Shown: positions 36,704 to 45,791 of the stretch, piece after piece
How the letters are laid out: each line of letters begins with the position of its first letter
How positions within the stretch are numbered: position 1 is the first letter of the stretch
Origin: a virus
Direction: 5' to 3' (one strand)
IMG/VR virus record: IMGVR_UViG_3300010883_000007
Coordinates: 1-64,000 of that record
DNA length: 64,000 nucleotides
The notes under the pieces: model-generated
The model's input: the letters and a program-made list of their open reading frames with translations, nothing else
Databases searched by the model: none
What the model was told of the DNA's origin: nothing
Position numbers and translations under genes: made by a program

Positions 36704-38744
36704 CGTCTCCTTGACTCCTTAGCTCTTCTATATCAACTTCGACGGTCTCTTCAGGATCCTCGTGTGGTATTACACCCTCTGCTTCTGTAAGTATTCCCGC
36801 GCGGTCAATACCTATTGCGCTTTGAAACTTACCTAGTATCGCCGACATCTCCCGGGTCATTTTAGTACGCTGCTCAATTTTTTTATCTAGGAAATCGTCG
36901 ATAAACTCATTCTTTGGAAGCAACCCCTCGCCGAACGGGTTTTTGAGAAAGTCATCATCGAAAGGCTTATTGGACGTGTCCTGTCTGCGTCCTGAGCGTC
37001 CAGAAGATGTCATCTTCCCAAAGTCAGGCATGTGGGTACTTTCCGGGCCTGAGGTTACCTTTCGACTCTTGGTGATGGGCTCATTGAAAATATTGCGTAT
37101 CTGATTCTGGGCCTTTGCGGGTGCCTCGAGATCCTTAATGGAGAAACTCAGATTTATCTCATCATCCTCATCCTGTTCATCATCCTCATCCTCATCCTCA
37201 TCCTGTTCTCCAGTGCCAGGAAGCGCTGTCAGTAGCTGGCCCTCGGGCTGGTCTGCTGCGAAGAGGCCTCCGGCATCCTCGCCTCCGGCATCCTCGCCTC
37301 CGGTGTCCTCGCCTCCGGGTGGAGCTCCCGCTGATGCTGCCTCTGCTCCGCCGGCTTCGACCTCCGCGTCTTCTTTAGCGTCAGCAATCTTCTCCTCGAC
37401 GAGGTTCTCAATCTCTGTTGGAGTTAGCTCTAGAATATTCTTGCGAATCCATGATCGGCTAACCAAGCCCTCCGGCGCTGTGCCGGCGATCTCAAACCTT
37501 GATCGAATAAGCTCTAACTTCTGCTGCTGTGCGATTGACGATGGATTAGAGAGCTTTATCTGGAAGTCGACAAGGTCTTCCCCCTCGTATCCGTGAGCAT
37601 ACAGGTGGATCACAGCTAGCTTATTGAGCTCCGAGATGATTGTCTTCTGTATCCGGTGAATCGTACGAGAGAATCTTATATCTTCTTGAGCAAGCGTCGC
37701 CTTAGCACCTACATCCTCATCATATCCAAGATATGCTCTAGGGATCTTGAGGGCAGCGAAAAGCTTCTTCTGAATGTACTCTACATCCTCAATTGCGGCG
37801 GTGTTTGAACCTCCAGCCAGAGTGTCGATTTTTGTTCCTGACTCTCCCCCTCGTACGGGAAGAAAATAGTCCTCATCCACACTAAGGGGATTGTACCTCA
37901 GGTCGACTTTGCCCGTATCCTTGTCAATTATCTGATTCCTCTTGAGGGCAGTCTTTGCCTGCTCGAGGTAGTTCGCAACATCCTCAGGTGGAACATTTCC
38001 CACGTCGATATAGAAGACACGCCGTTCCGGGGCGCGAATCACCCTGTACACCAGCATCGCGTCCTCTATGAGGATTAGCTGGCGCCAAATCCGCCGCGCG
38101 GCTTCAAGGACCGACGAACCGTATGGTAGGAAGGTGTCATTACCCAGAAGACGGAAGTGAGTAAGCTGCCAGTTCTCTAGGATCTGATTTCCCTGTGTTA
38201 TCCATCGAAAGCGCACAGCAGCGGGGTCGTTGGGATCAAAGCCTTCCTCTCGTTCAATCTCATTAATTGATATGGGAAAGGCATTGATGACTCCGAATTC
38301 AGGTGAGATATCGTTAAAGAGAAAGAAGTCCCCATATTTGCAGAGGTTTCTAACCCACATCGACAGGTTAAACTCGATGTTCAGAGTCTCATAGAAAAGG
38401 GCATCGAGAATTTCCTGTATCTTTCTGTTCTCAGAGTAAACGTGTAGAACTTGTCCCTTTGCGTCTGGGGAACACGACTCCTCAGAGTAGATATCGAGGG
38501 CTGCAGCAATCTCGGGAGTCGACTCCATCTCACTGAAATCGGCGTACCTCGACATTCGATCGAATGCACCGTACGATGATATCGTGCTGTTATAGACATC
38601 ACTGTGAGCACGCTTGAAGACCTCCAGCGCGGTGGAGGTGTGGGGCGTTGTCTGCTTGAATCCCTTGACCCTTCGCTTAATGATCGGTCCGGATCGAAAA
38701 AGCTTTGTGAGCCTAACGAAGAGATTTGTATTCTTTCCAGCCAT
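36696..38744 (-). CDS. Portal protein (T4 gp20-like) with long acidic C-terminal extension
   Basis: PEIAAALDI, QLILIEDAMLVYRVIRAPERRVFYIDVGN, EDYFLPVRG, IDTLAGG, IEDVEY..KKLFAALKIP. Confidence 0.96.
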   Translation of the reverse strand: MAGKNTNLFVRLTKLFRSGPIIKRRVKGFKQTTPHTSTALEVFKRAHSDVYNSTISSYGAFDRMSRYADFSEMESTPEIAAALDIYSEESCSPDAKGQVLHVYSENRKIQEILDALFYETLNIEFNLSMWVRNLCKYGDFFLFNDISPEFGVINAFPISINEIEREEGFDPNDPAAVRFRWITQGNQILENWQLTHFRLLGNDTFLPYGSSVLEAARRIWRQLILIEDAMLVYRVIRAPERRVFYIDVGNVPPEDVANYLEQAKTALKRNQIIDKDTGKVDLRYNPLSVDEDYFLPVRGGESGTKIDTLAGGSNTAAIEDVEYIQKKLFAALKIPRAYLGYDEDVGAKATLAQEDIRFSRTIHRIQKTIISELNKLAVIHLYAHGYEGEDLVDFQIKLSNPSSIAQQQKLELIRSRFEIAGTAPEGLVSRSWIRKNILELTPTEIENLVEEKIADAKEDAEVEAGGAEAASAGAPPGGEDTGGEDAGGEDAGGLFAADQPEGQLLTALPGTGEQDEDEDEDDEQDEDDEINLSFSIKDLEAPAKAQNQIRNIFNEPITKSRKVTSGPESTHMPDFGKMTSSGRSGRRQDTSNKPFDDDFLKNPFGEGLLPKNEFIDDFLDKKIEQRTKMTREMSAILGKFQSAIGIDRAGILTEAEGVIPHEDPEETVEVDIEELRSQGDDE
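37266..37318. repeat. 15-bp tandem repeat GCCTCCGGCATCCTC, ~3.5 copies (GGED[A/T] in portal tail)
   Basis: Copies start at 37266, 37281, 37296 (2 mismatches) and a partial copy at 37311. Confidence 0.85.
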
Positions 38745-38800
38745 CTTCTATTACCTTTATTCCCTAAGTAGGATTATATTCATAGAGAAAAATCCTTAAA

Positions 38801-40396
38801 CTAGAGAAGCCAGCCCAGGTCGCCCATGGGATGGTTACTTCCTGAGACAGGCATCTCGCCAATATGAAATGGTTTGAACGGATTAAATGAATTATTTTCC
38901 CAGGGTGTGGGACTGTCCCGCTCCATCTCGCGCGCGTTCACGTCGAACCCATCCAGCATAGCTTTATTCAGATCATACGCGTGTTTACTGTGAACAGGGG
39001 ACGTGTCATATAGCCAGACCCCGATGGCCAGCGACATTATGAGGTCGTCATTTCTTCCCTTCTGGGCTTGGGCCTTGTTCCCCCTCCAGATAAATGTCTT
39101 AGCCTCTTCATAGAGTCTGGATGAGTATGATCGAATCTCTCTATTCCTCACCACCTGCTCGAGCTTAGTCAGGATCTGATTTCTAGTGTGTCCGGAAGTT
39201 GTGAACCCTATCTTGTAAAGATCAGGCTCCCCCAACCCGTACATCGCAGAGAACTTGTCCTTCTCGTTCTTGTAATATAGATTACTGTACTCTAGCTCTC
39301 GAAGCTTCATGACAACAGCATAACCGTATGTGTTATTCTCCGGACAAAGAAGCGCATTATTATACCGCTTGCCGGCCTCCGCGAGGAGAGTCGCGAACTG
39401 ATCAGGTGGAATCTTTCCCTTAAACTCTGCAACAATCTCCGACTCGCCTGTATCAATTACATGAAACGCGCTATAATCACCGGAGTCGCCGCGAGAGACA
39501 TCTGCAGAGATAATGTACTGGTGGTCACTGAGACTATATTTCCAAACCCAGACACCCATGCTGGGACCCCAACGCTCTATAGGTGTTCGAATCGATGACC
39601 CCAACCACTCAATATCCTCATTGTTGAGGACAGTATCACCGGATGCTGCAAAATCGCACAGAAGTTCCTGAGCTATCTGTTTCTTGCTTAGATTTCGACA
39701 CTCATTCGAGAACCACTCATGATCTCGTTCTGGGTGCACATCCCATGGCAGTCTGGTGGGATAAAACTTATTCTCACCTGCTGTAGCATTTATCCAGAGG
39801 TCATGGTACTGTCCACCCACCCCATTAGGTGTTGATAGAATTATGGCCCGGCCGCCAGTAGACAACGTGGGATACAAACCCGTAAATAGCTCATCAAAAT
39901 TACGAATGAATGCTGCCTCATCCACAATTAGCAGAGAGAGCGCCTCGGAGCGGCCGGCATCGTCGGAGGTTGGAACTGCCTTGATTATGGATCCGTTGCT
40001 AAACTCCACTGCCTGTTTATTATTACCAATAATTTCTGGGAGGAGCAACCACTTCGGCATGCTTCGAAGGGCCACTTTGACCTTACGAATGAAGTTCTGG
40101 GCCACTGAGAGTTTTGTGGCAATAATCAGAACGTTCTTGTCCTTGTAGTAGACAGCCAACCAGACAGCATACGCGGCGGTCAGGGTCGAGATACCCAACT
40201 GCCTGGACTTTAGAATCACATTAAATCTGTGATTCACAAAGTCATGAAGGCACTCATCCTGAAAAGGGTAGGTGTCGAAATTTATGAGACCGCGGGTCGG
40301 GTGCTGGATCTTGAGATAGCGATTGCTAAAATAAACGGGATCCTTACCACACTTGATAATTTCCTTGATCTGACGCTGCTTTGATATCGGTGCCAT
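38801..40396 (-). CDS. terL: Terminase large subunit (T4 gp17-like)
   Basis: YPFQ, Walker A KSRQLGIST, Walker B LLIVDEAAF, STPNG, nuclease ADVSRG...ENN...NDDLIMS. Confidence 0.96.
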   Translation of the reverse strand: MAPISKQRQIKEIIKCGKDPVYFSNRYLKIQHPTRGLINFDTYPFQDECLHDFVNHRFNVILKSRQLGISTLTAAYAVWLAVYYKDKNVLIIATKLSVAQNFIRKVKVALRSMPKWLLLPEIIGNNKQAVEFSNGSIIKAVPTSDDAGRSEALSLLIVDEAAFIRNFDELFTGLYPTLSTGGRAIILSTPNGVGGQYHDLWINATAGENKFYPTRLPWDVHPERDHEWFSNECRNLSKKQIAQELLCDFAASGDTVLNNEDIEWLGSSIRTPIERWGPSMGVWVWKYSLSDHQYIISADVSRGDSGDYSAFHVIDTGESEIVAEFKGKIPPDQFATLLAEAGKRYNNALLCPENNTYGYAVVMKLRELEYSNLYYKNEKDKFSAMYGLGEPDLYKIGFTTSGHTRNQILTKLEQVVRNREIRSYSSRLYEEAKTFIWRGNKAQAQKGRNDDLIMSLAIGVWLYDTSPVHSKHAYDLNKAMLDGFDVNAREMERDSPTPWENNSFNPFKPFHIGEMPVSGSNHPMGDLGWLL

Positions 40397-40405
40397 TGTC
40401 CTGAT

Positions 40406-40786
40406 CTAGTTAAGAATCTGTAACCAGTGATCACGTCTGTAGTAAGCCACTCGACGAGGAGAGTGTACAGTTCCCGATACCATCTCGACGTTGTCTCTAC
40501 TATTGATCTCTTTTACCTTAAGGGCCTCGCCGGTGATATCCTTAAAAGCCGCTTTAACCTCTTTTAACTTGTCACCTAAAAGTTGCACAGACTCCTGTGT
40601 AACCCTATCTACCTGTAGTCTCAAACTTTGCTCCTCTGCGAAGTGGACAACAGCTACAAACTTAAGGACGAGCATATCGCCGTTCATGCTGTGGGTTATC
40701 GAAGTTGCACCTGATGGGCTTCCTTCGCGACCGAATGTGTTTGTCAGAACACTTCCAATTGCTTCAACGTGTTTCGCGCTTAACAT
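40406..40786 (-). CDS. Hypothetical protein upstream of terminase
   Basis: SD GGAGG; ATATTTA motif at 40814-40820. Confidence 0.75.
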   Translation of the reverse strand: MLSAKHVEAIGSVLTNTFGREGSPSGATSITHSMNGDMLVLKFVAVVHFAEEQSLRLQVDRVTQESVQLLGDKLKEVKAAFKDITGEALKVKEINSRDNVEMVSGTVHSPRRVAYYRRDHWLQILN

Positions 40787-40804
40787 AGTTGCCTCCGTTG
40801 CTAG

Positions 40805-41125
40805 TCACTTTACTAAATATGACGGATGATCACTGAGATCTCGTCGTCGGTTGATAATTTCTTTCTCAGAGGGTCGCCAGCCAGTATTCCATCGACCCAT
40901 ATTGGGCTGGACGAAGTGCAACTCACAGTCCCGGCAGCACTCAACCCTATAATATGCCCTTACGTCATCTGTATCTCTCAATGCTAACTCACACACAGGA
41001 CAATCAAGGGGTACCCAATCGGTGTCTGCGTCGGCCTCGGCGATAAGAAACCCCTGATCGTGAACTCTGGTCCTTGACTCACTCACAGATAACCACAGCA
41101 TTCTTCTCCCGCTGGGAGATCTCAA
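40805..41125 (-). CDS. Small Zn-finger-like protein (start uncertain)
   Basis: CPVC...CCRDC and WNTGWRP. Confidence 0.6.
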   Translation of the reverse strand: MRSPSGRRMLWLSVSESRTRVHDQGFLIAEADADTDWVPLDCPVCELALRDTDDVRAYYRVECCRDCELHFVQPNMGRWNTGWRPSEKEIINRRRDLSDHPSYLVK

Positions 41126-44100
41126 TTATATTGTCTACAGCATCCTTCACAGCATCAACATGTGATATTACCAGAATGTGCTTAAACCAGCGTCGGAGAG
41201 AATCGAGCAGTCGAGTACACGCCTCAATATTCATCTCATCTAGAGCACCAAATCCCTCGTCGATGATGAGGAGATCTGTCTTGGGGAGGGAGCTAACATT
41301 AATAAGGGCTACACGGATTGCGAGGGATGCCATCATCTTCTCCATACCACTGGCACACTCAATAACTCTGCGTGAGTCGCCGTAATCAATGTAGATATCC
41401 ATGTCGTTCGTTCCGGCTTCAGCCTCAAGTTCCACAGTGAAGCCCACAACGCCTTGGAGAATCTTTGAGATCTCCTTATTAATCGAGGGGAGCTGAGATG
41501 CCATTATCTGAAGGGGAATGCCCTTCTTGGAAACAGCCCCCAGGAGGAGCTCGTACATCTTCCACTGTTCAACCAACTCACTGTATTTCTCCTTGTCCTT
41601 CTTATGGAGGGCCATCTCCGCGTCGAGATGGCCGATGGATTCAGTGAGCTTAATGCGTTGCGCGTCGAAGCCGTTAATCTTGTCGTTGATCGTATCCATT
41701 TCCTGCCGGGCTGCGCTGACCTTTTGGGCCTCAGTGGATGTAGAAACCCGGAGTCGCATGCCTTGGAGTTCTCTATCTGCAGCATCGATCAGATCCTGGA
41801 GAACTTTCTTTCGATTGTTCACCCTCGTCAAGTCAAGTCGCTGGTTGGAGAGTTTCAACACAAGATTGTTCTCACGGGTCAGAATCTTATCGTACCTCTC
41901 GATCTTCTCTGTAAGATTCTCCCTCGTTAAGACCTTCAGCGACTTTCTCGATGCTTTGACCTTGTCCAGCGACTCTGTAACTAAACGATCCTGATTATCT
42001 AGCCGCTTCTTGTTCTCGTGGGATGACTTGATGAACTTACAGGTGGGAAATGTGTCACCACACGGAACTTCTTTAAGCAACTTAATAGATTTCTTCTGGG
42101 TCTTGAGAAGCGTCTTTTCTCTCTCGTGAGTGTGACTCAGTTCTACCAAAACACGCTCGAGATCCTGCTGTGCGTCGCGTCGCTGTCGAAGATCGTCAAT
42201 TGGAAACTGATCCTTCACTGTACCAATCGATTTCAGAGTTGACTCAATTTCCCTAATCTTTCCTAGTGAGGTCTGGGATTTGTCTTCCATCCCGTCCAAC
42301 TGTGTTCTAGAGACTACAAGTCCTGATTCCTTCTGACTCACGTCGTCCTCAGTCACTAAATCTTTGTTAGAATGTGTGGCAAGAGCAACTGTGATCTCCT
42401 GAAGCTGCTTTCGATGACGACTGATATTTTCCTCAATCTCACGACGTTCCTTCGCATTCTTTCGCTTGAGTGTGTGCTTCTCAGCTATAAGTGTATCCCA
42501 GTCTCTATCTGGGACGTTTCCCAGGATACTCTTTAGCTCAGAGGAGTCCTCCTTGGCAAGATTTAGAACATCATCAAATATATTGAGATCGAGAAATTTG
42601 GTGAGAATGGCCTTTCGCTGGGTTGCCTTGTGCCTGATGAAGTTATTCATCTCTCCCTGACTTGCTAGCGATGTCATTAGAAAGTCGTCGGCAGTTCCCA
42701 CAATTTGTCTAAGGGTCTTTTCTGTCTCCCGCCTCTGAGCACCGTTCATGTCGACTATCTGGTTGTCTGCCTCATCGATCTCACTCAAGTTGAGGTGAGT
42801 CACTGCATTCTCGTCTCCTCGGCGGGAGGTCTTTCGAACAGACTGCCTCTCAACGAGGTATCGCTTTCCGTTCGCGGTGAGAAAGACTCTTCCAAGACAG
42901 TATCCCTTTCGCATATTAATAATGTGAAGGTTCTTGACGGGCCCGCGGTCTGTAGTATTGAAGAGGGAATACATCATAGTGCCAGGTATAGATGACTTCC
43001 CAGCACGATTCTTGCCAAAGAGACCGAGAATCCCGCCCAGGGCATCAAAGTTAATGATATTTCCCTTGCCGTACGAGAAAGTATTATCAAACTCCATCCT
43101 CTGTACTGACCACTTGATGTTTCGAACAACATCTGTCTTGGATGCGGGCATCACGTATTTAGCTATCAGCCCTTCCAGTCTTTCCCACTGCTCGTCTGAG
43201 ATATCTATTTCTGAGTAATATTCCCTCATCAGGCGAACATGGGTGTTAACATCTCGGAGATCCTCTGTGAAAAAGTCGCCGGCAGCGGTCTTGATTGTGG
43301 ACACGTCAATAGTATGATCATGCTTAAAGACTATCTCTGTGGCATGCTTCTGATTCTTGAGTGCACTGTGGAGGTGCTTTATCTCTGCCTGGGAGATCTG
43401 ACTGTCTGTGCGAACCCTAAACCTTGATAGATTGGGATGTGCCATGGCGCGCGAGACTGTGTCTTTTACATTTCCCGCCCAATCGATCGTGACAAATGGG
43501 CACGAGTGAGGAATCTCGTAGAAGGTGCTGGTGAATGTATCCTTATCCTCAATCTCCCAGAAGAGAAATCCCTTGCCTGGGTCCTCACCATAATTCTGCT
43601 GAATTGTCGATCCGGGATAGGCCACTCGCTTCTCATCGTCCAGATACTGCAGCTTGTGAATGTCGCCCAGGAAGGCAAAATCAAAGTCATCAAAGAATTC
43701 CAGGTCGACGTCACCCTCAATATCCCAATTAATATCGGTTGTTGATCCCTGAACACCTCCGTGGAAGGTGGCTATATTAATCTCACCTGGGACTGGCTTC
43801 ACGTCTGGCCATGTTTCCTCATCAAAACACGAGAAAACACACCAGTTATAGCCTGGAACACCAGTGGGATAAGCCCCGGAGGTCTTATAGAGGTGGAGAT
43901 TGGGATTATCCAGAGCATTAATAATGGGTGATATCGCATCCTGTCGGTGCTTATTCATTATCAGACCATCGTGGTTTCCCAAGATTATGTGGGTCGGAGC
44001 AATGTCCGCCATCTCTGAGAACCACCACGAGAGACAGTCTATTACCTCCGGCGAGATACCCTGTGTCTTGGAGTGAACAATGTCCCCTCCCACAAAGATG

Positions 44101-44222
44101 GCGTCCAGCTTCAGTTCCCTGAAGGTCTCGAACATCTGGCTGAAAGCCTCACGATACTCATCATGTCTCGTGAGGCCTCTCCAGTGTATATCACTTAAAT
44201 GGGCACACCTAAATGTCACCAT
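41079..44222 (-). CDS. Fused SbcD-SbcC (Mre11-Rad50; T4 gp47-gp46-like) nuclease-ATPase
   Basis: N-terminal phosphoesterase motifs SDIH, GGDIVH, GNHD, GDIH, YPGS. C-terminal ABC ATPase GKNRAGKSS, SQGE, coiled coil, ASGME, IIDEGFGALD, ISH. Confidence 0.93.
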   Translation of the reverse strand: MVTFRCAHLSDIHWRGLTRHDEYREAFSQMFETFRELKLDAIFVGGDIVHSKTQGISPEVIDCLSWWFSEMADIAPTHIILGNHDGLIMNKHRQDAISPIINALDNPNLHLYKTSGAYPTGVPGYNWCVFSCFDEETWPDVKPVPGEINIATFHGGVQGSTTDINWDIEGDVDLEFFDDFDFAFLGDIHKLQYLDDEKRVAYPGSTIQQNYGEDPGKGFLFWEIEDKDTFTSTFYEIPHSCPFVTIDWAGNVKDTVSRAMAHPNLSRFRVRTDSQISQAEIKHLHSALKNQKHATEIVFKHDHTIDVSTIKTAAGDFFTEDLRDVNTHVRLMREYYSEIDISDEQWERLEGLIAKYVMPASKTDVVRNIKWSVQRMEFDNTFSYGKGNIINFDALGGILGLFGKNRAGKSSIPGTMMYSLFNTTDRGPVKNLHIINMRKGYCLGRVFLTANGKRYLVERQSVRKTSRRGDENAVTHLNLSEIDEADNQIVDMNGAQRRETEKTLRQIVGTADDFLMTSLASQGEMNNFIRHKATQRKAILTKFLDLNIFDDVLNLAKEDSSELKSILGNVPDRDWDTLIAEKHTLKRKNAKERREIEENISRHRKQLQEITVALATHSNKDLVTEDDVSQKESGLVVSRTQLDGMEDKSQTSLGKIREIESTLKSIGTVKDQFPIDDLRQRRDAQQDLERVLVELSHTHEREKTLLKTQKKSIKLLKEVPCGDTFPTCKFIKSSHENKKRLDNQDRLVTESLDKVKASRKSLKVLTRENLTEKIERYDKILTRENNLVLKLSNQRLDLTRVNNRKKVLQDLIDAADRELQGMRLRVSTSTEAQKVSAARQEMDTINDKINGFDAQRIKLTESIGHLDAEMALHKKDKEKYSELVEQWKMYELLLGAVSKKGIPLQIMASQLPSINKEISKILQGVVGFTVELEAEAGTNDMDIYIDYGDSRRVIECASGMEKMMASLAIRVALINVSSLPKTDLLIIDEGFGALDEMNIEACTRLLDSLRRWFKHILVISHVDAVKDAVDNIIEISQREKNAVVICE

Positions 44223-44227
44223 AACTC

Positions 44228-45196
44228 CTAAATAATTGAACCAGTTTTGATCCCATCAATAATCTCACACAGTCGGTGTGACGACTGCCACAACACTGCT
44301 TCCTGTCTTATCTTACTAAACTGAGCGCGGGAGAGATCCCCCACATCCAGCGCAGGGGGAAGGGCAGCTAGACGAACCCTAATCCCATATGACGATAGGA
44401 CCCGGGCTAAATTGTGGGCCTTAAGTCTCGCATCAGTGTCGAGGGCTAACACAATAGGTGTCTGATTTCTAATAATCTTTCGAAAGAGATTAGAGTCCTC
44501 CGCGAGATACGATCCCAGGAGACACGTCGCGTTGTCGTCACACTTCACCAGGTCGAGTGGTCCCTCGACAACTGTGAGCTCTTTATCCCACCTAATATTG
44601 AGCTCATTGAAGATCACCTGCTTCTTTGGGACCTTCGCATTGAGATACTTCATGTGGGTGGTATCGTCAATTGATCGCGCTGCGTAGTAATTTAGATTCC
44701 CTTCAGCATCGAAAGATGGTATAATAGCTCTGCGCCTGAATCTTCCTTTCGTTGTTGTGCCCACCTTGTAGTACCACAAATCCCGAATGCTCATGCCGCG
44801 GCCGCGGATGTATCGGACTGTTTCCTTCACATCCGGATCTCGGCTGCTCAAGGAGTTGGCTAGAAGCACAAACCCCTGTGGGATCTCAATATCAGGCTCC
44901 TCATCCTCGATGGGGCCCACGGTTGATCGACCTCTGTCGCTCCAACCAAAATCCTTGAGCTCCTCAACATGACTGGGTGCATACTTTCGAAAGAGGCTCG
45001 CAACCTTTCGTCCTTTAAGACCACAGACCCAACAGTGGTAACGACCATCGTCCAGCCTCACCACGAGTTTTCGCTTACTGGAACGTGCATCAGCACAATT
45101 GGGACACTTGACGGCCACATTGACCTGATCCCTGCTGATCTCCACACTACCAAAGGCACGCCGTAAGAGCGCAGCCTTACTCGAAAACAAATTCAT
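44228..45196 (-). CDS. DnaG-like DNA primase (Zn finger + TOPRIM)
   Basis: CPNC...HCWVC, YIRGRG, IIPSFD..G.LNYY.AR, KYLN, VVEGPLD, LALDTDA, DVGD. Confidence 0.85.
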   Translation of the reverse strand: MNLFSSKAALLRRAFGSVEISRDQVNVAVKCPNCADARSSKRKLVVRLDDGRYHCWVCGLKGRKVASLFRKYAPSHVEELKDFGWSDRGRSTVGPIEDEEPDIEIPQGFVLLANSLSSRDPDVKETVRYIRGRGMSIRDLWYYKVGTTTKGRFRRRAIIPSFDAEGNLNYYAARSIDDTTHMKYLNAKVPKKQVIFNELNIRWDKELTVVEGPLDLVKCDDNATCLLGSYLAEDSNLFRKIIRNQTPIVLALDTDARLKAHNLARVLSSYGIRVRLAALPPALDVGDLSRAQFSKIRQEAVLWQSSHRLCEIIDGIKTGSII

Positions 45197-45203
45197 CAGT
45201 AGA

Positions 45204-45233
45204 AGTATACTATGTCTATGTATTGTTGTTCAA
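45204..45233 (-). promoter_or_regulatory. Sigma70-like promoter TTGAAC-N18-TATACT
   Basis: -10 ends 7 nt before the primase ATG at 45196; no SD. Confidence 0.5.
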
Positions 45234-45791
45234 CACGCCTGCAAAAGCCACAACATACGCGTCTGCCATATCATAACACCCGGGCTCCAGAATCTCCTGG
45301 CCTCGTCTAGGGCCGCTCTTAAGCACTTTGAGCGGCCACTGATAATCATCATCGAGACGATTGGAGACCCAGTCCAGGACCTGCTGCTTGGTTGTTTTCC
45401 CACAGACTGCTTCCTTCTGCAGACGGAGACCCACACTCTTTCTTGCAGAGTTCACATTAAGAAACTCAGGTCTTATCTTAAACGTCGATTCGCTCAAGTA
45501 TGAGACCACACCGTTAAATCTGGCCAAGGAAGCTAAGGTCTTGGCAGATGAAAAACCCCTTCGAAAACGCTGTAGATTCTCCTCAACGAACACCCGTTCT
45601 ACAGGATGTTGGCATTGCAACTCCTGGAGTACGTCTAGAACCCGCTGGGCCTTGCTGAAGGTATCTTTCCAACCACTTAGGTGTATACACCCCATTTCAA
45701 CCTTAGATACGCTCTGGTGTTCATCTGTGTATAGAACACACCAGCCAGTCTTAGAGGTAGAAATATCCAGTCCCAAACAGCATAACATCAA
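45216..45791 (-). CDS. RuvC-like Holliday junction resolvase
   Basis: LGLDISTSKTGW, VFVEE, LARFNGVV, KQQV and DMADA give the RuvC acidic tetrad pattern. Confidence 0.8.
   Translation of the reverse strand: MMLCCLGLDISTSKTGWCVLYTDEHQSVSKVEMGCIHLSGWKDTFSKAQRVLDVLQELQCQHPVERVFVEENLQRFRRGFSSAKTLASLARFNGVVSYLSESTFKIRPEFLNVNSARKSVGLRLQKEAVCGKTTKQQVLDWVSNRLDDDYQWPLKVLKSGPRRGQEILEPGCYDMADAYVVAFAGVLNNNT

Noticed and set aside
38801-40396. Intein or intron in TerL, portal, primase or polymerase
   Set aside because: Motif spacing is compact, with no splicing motifs or interruptions.
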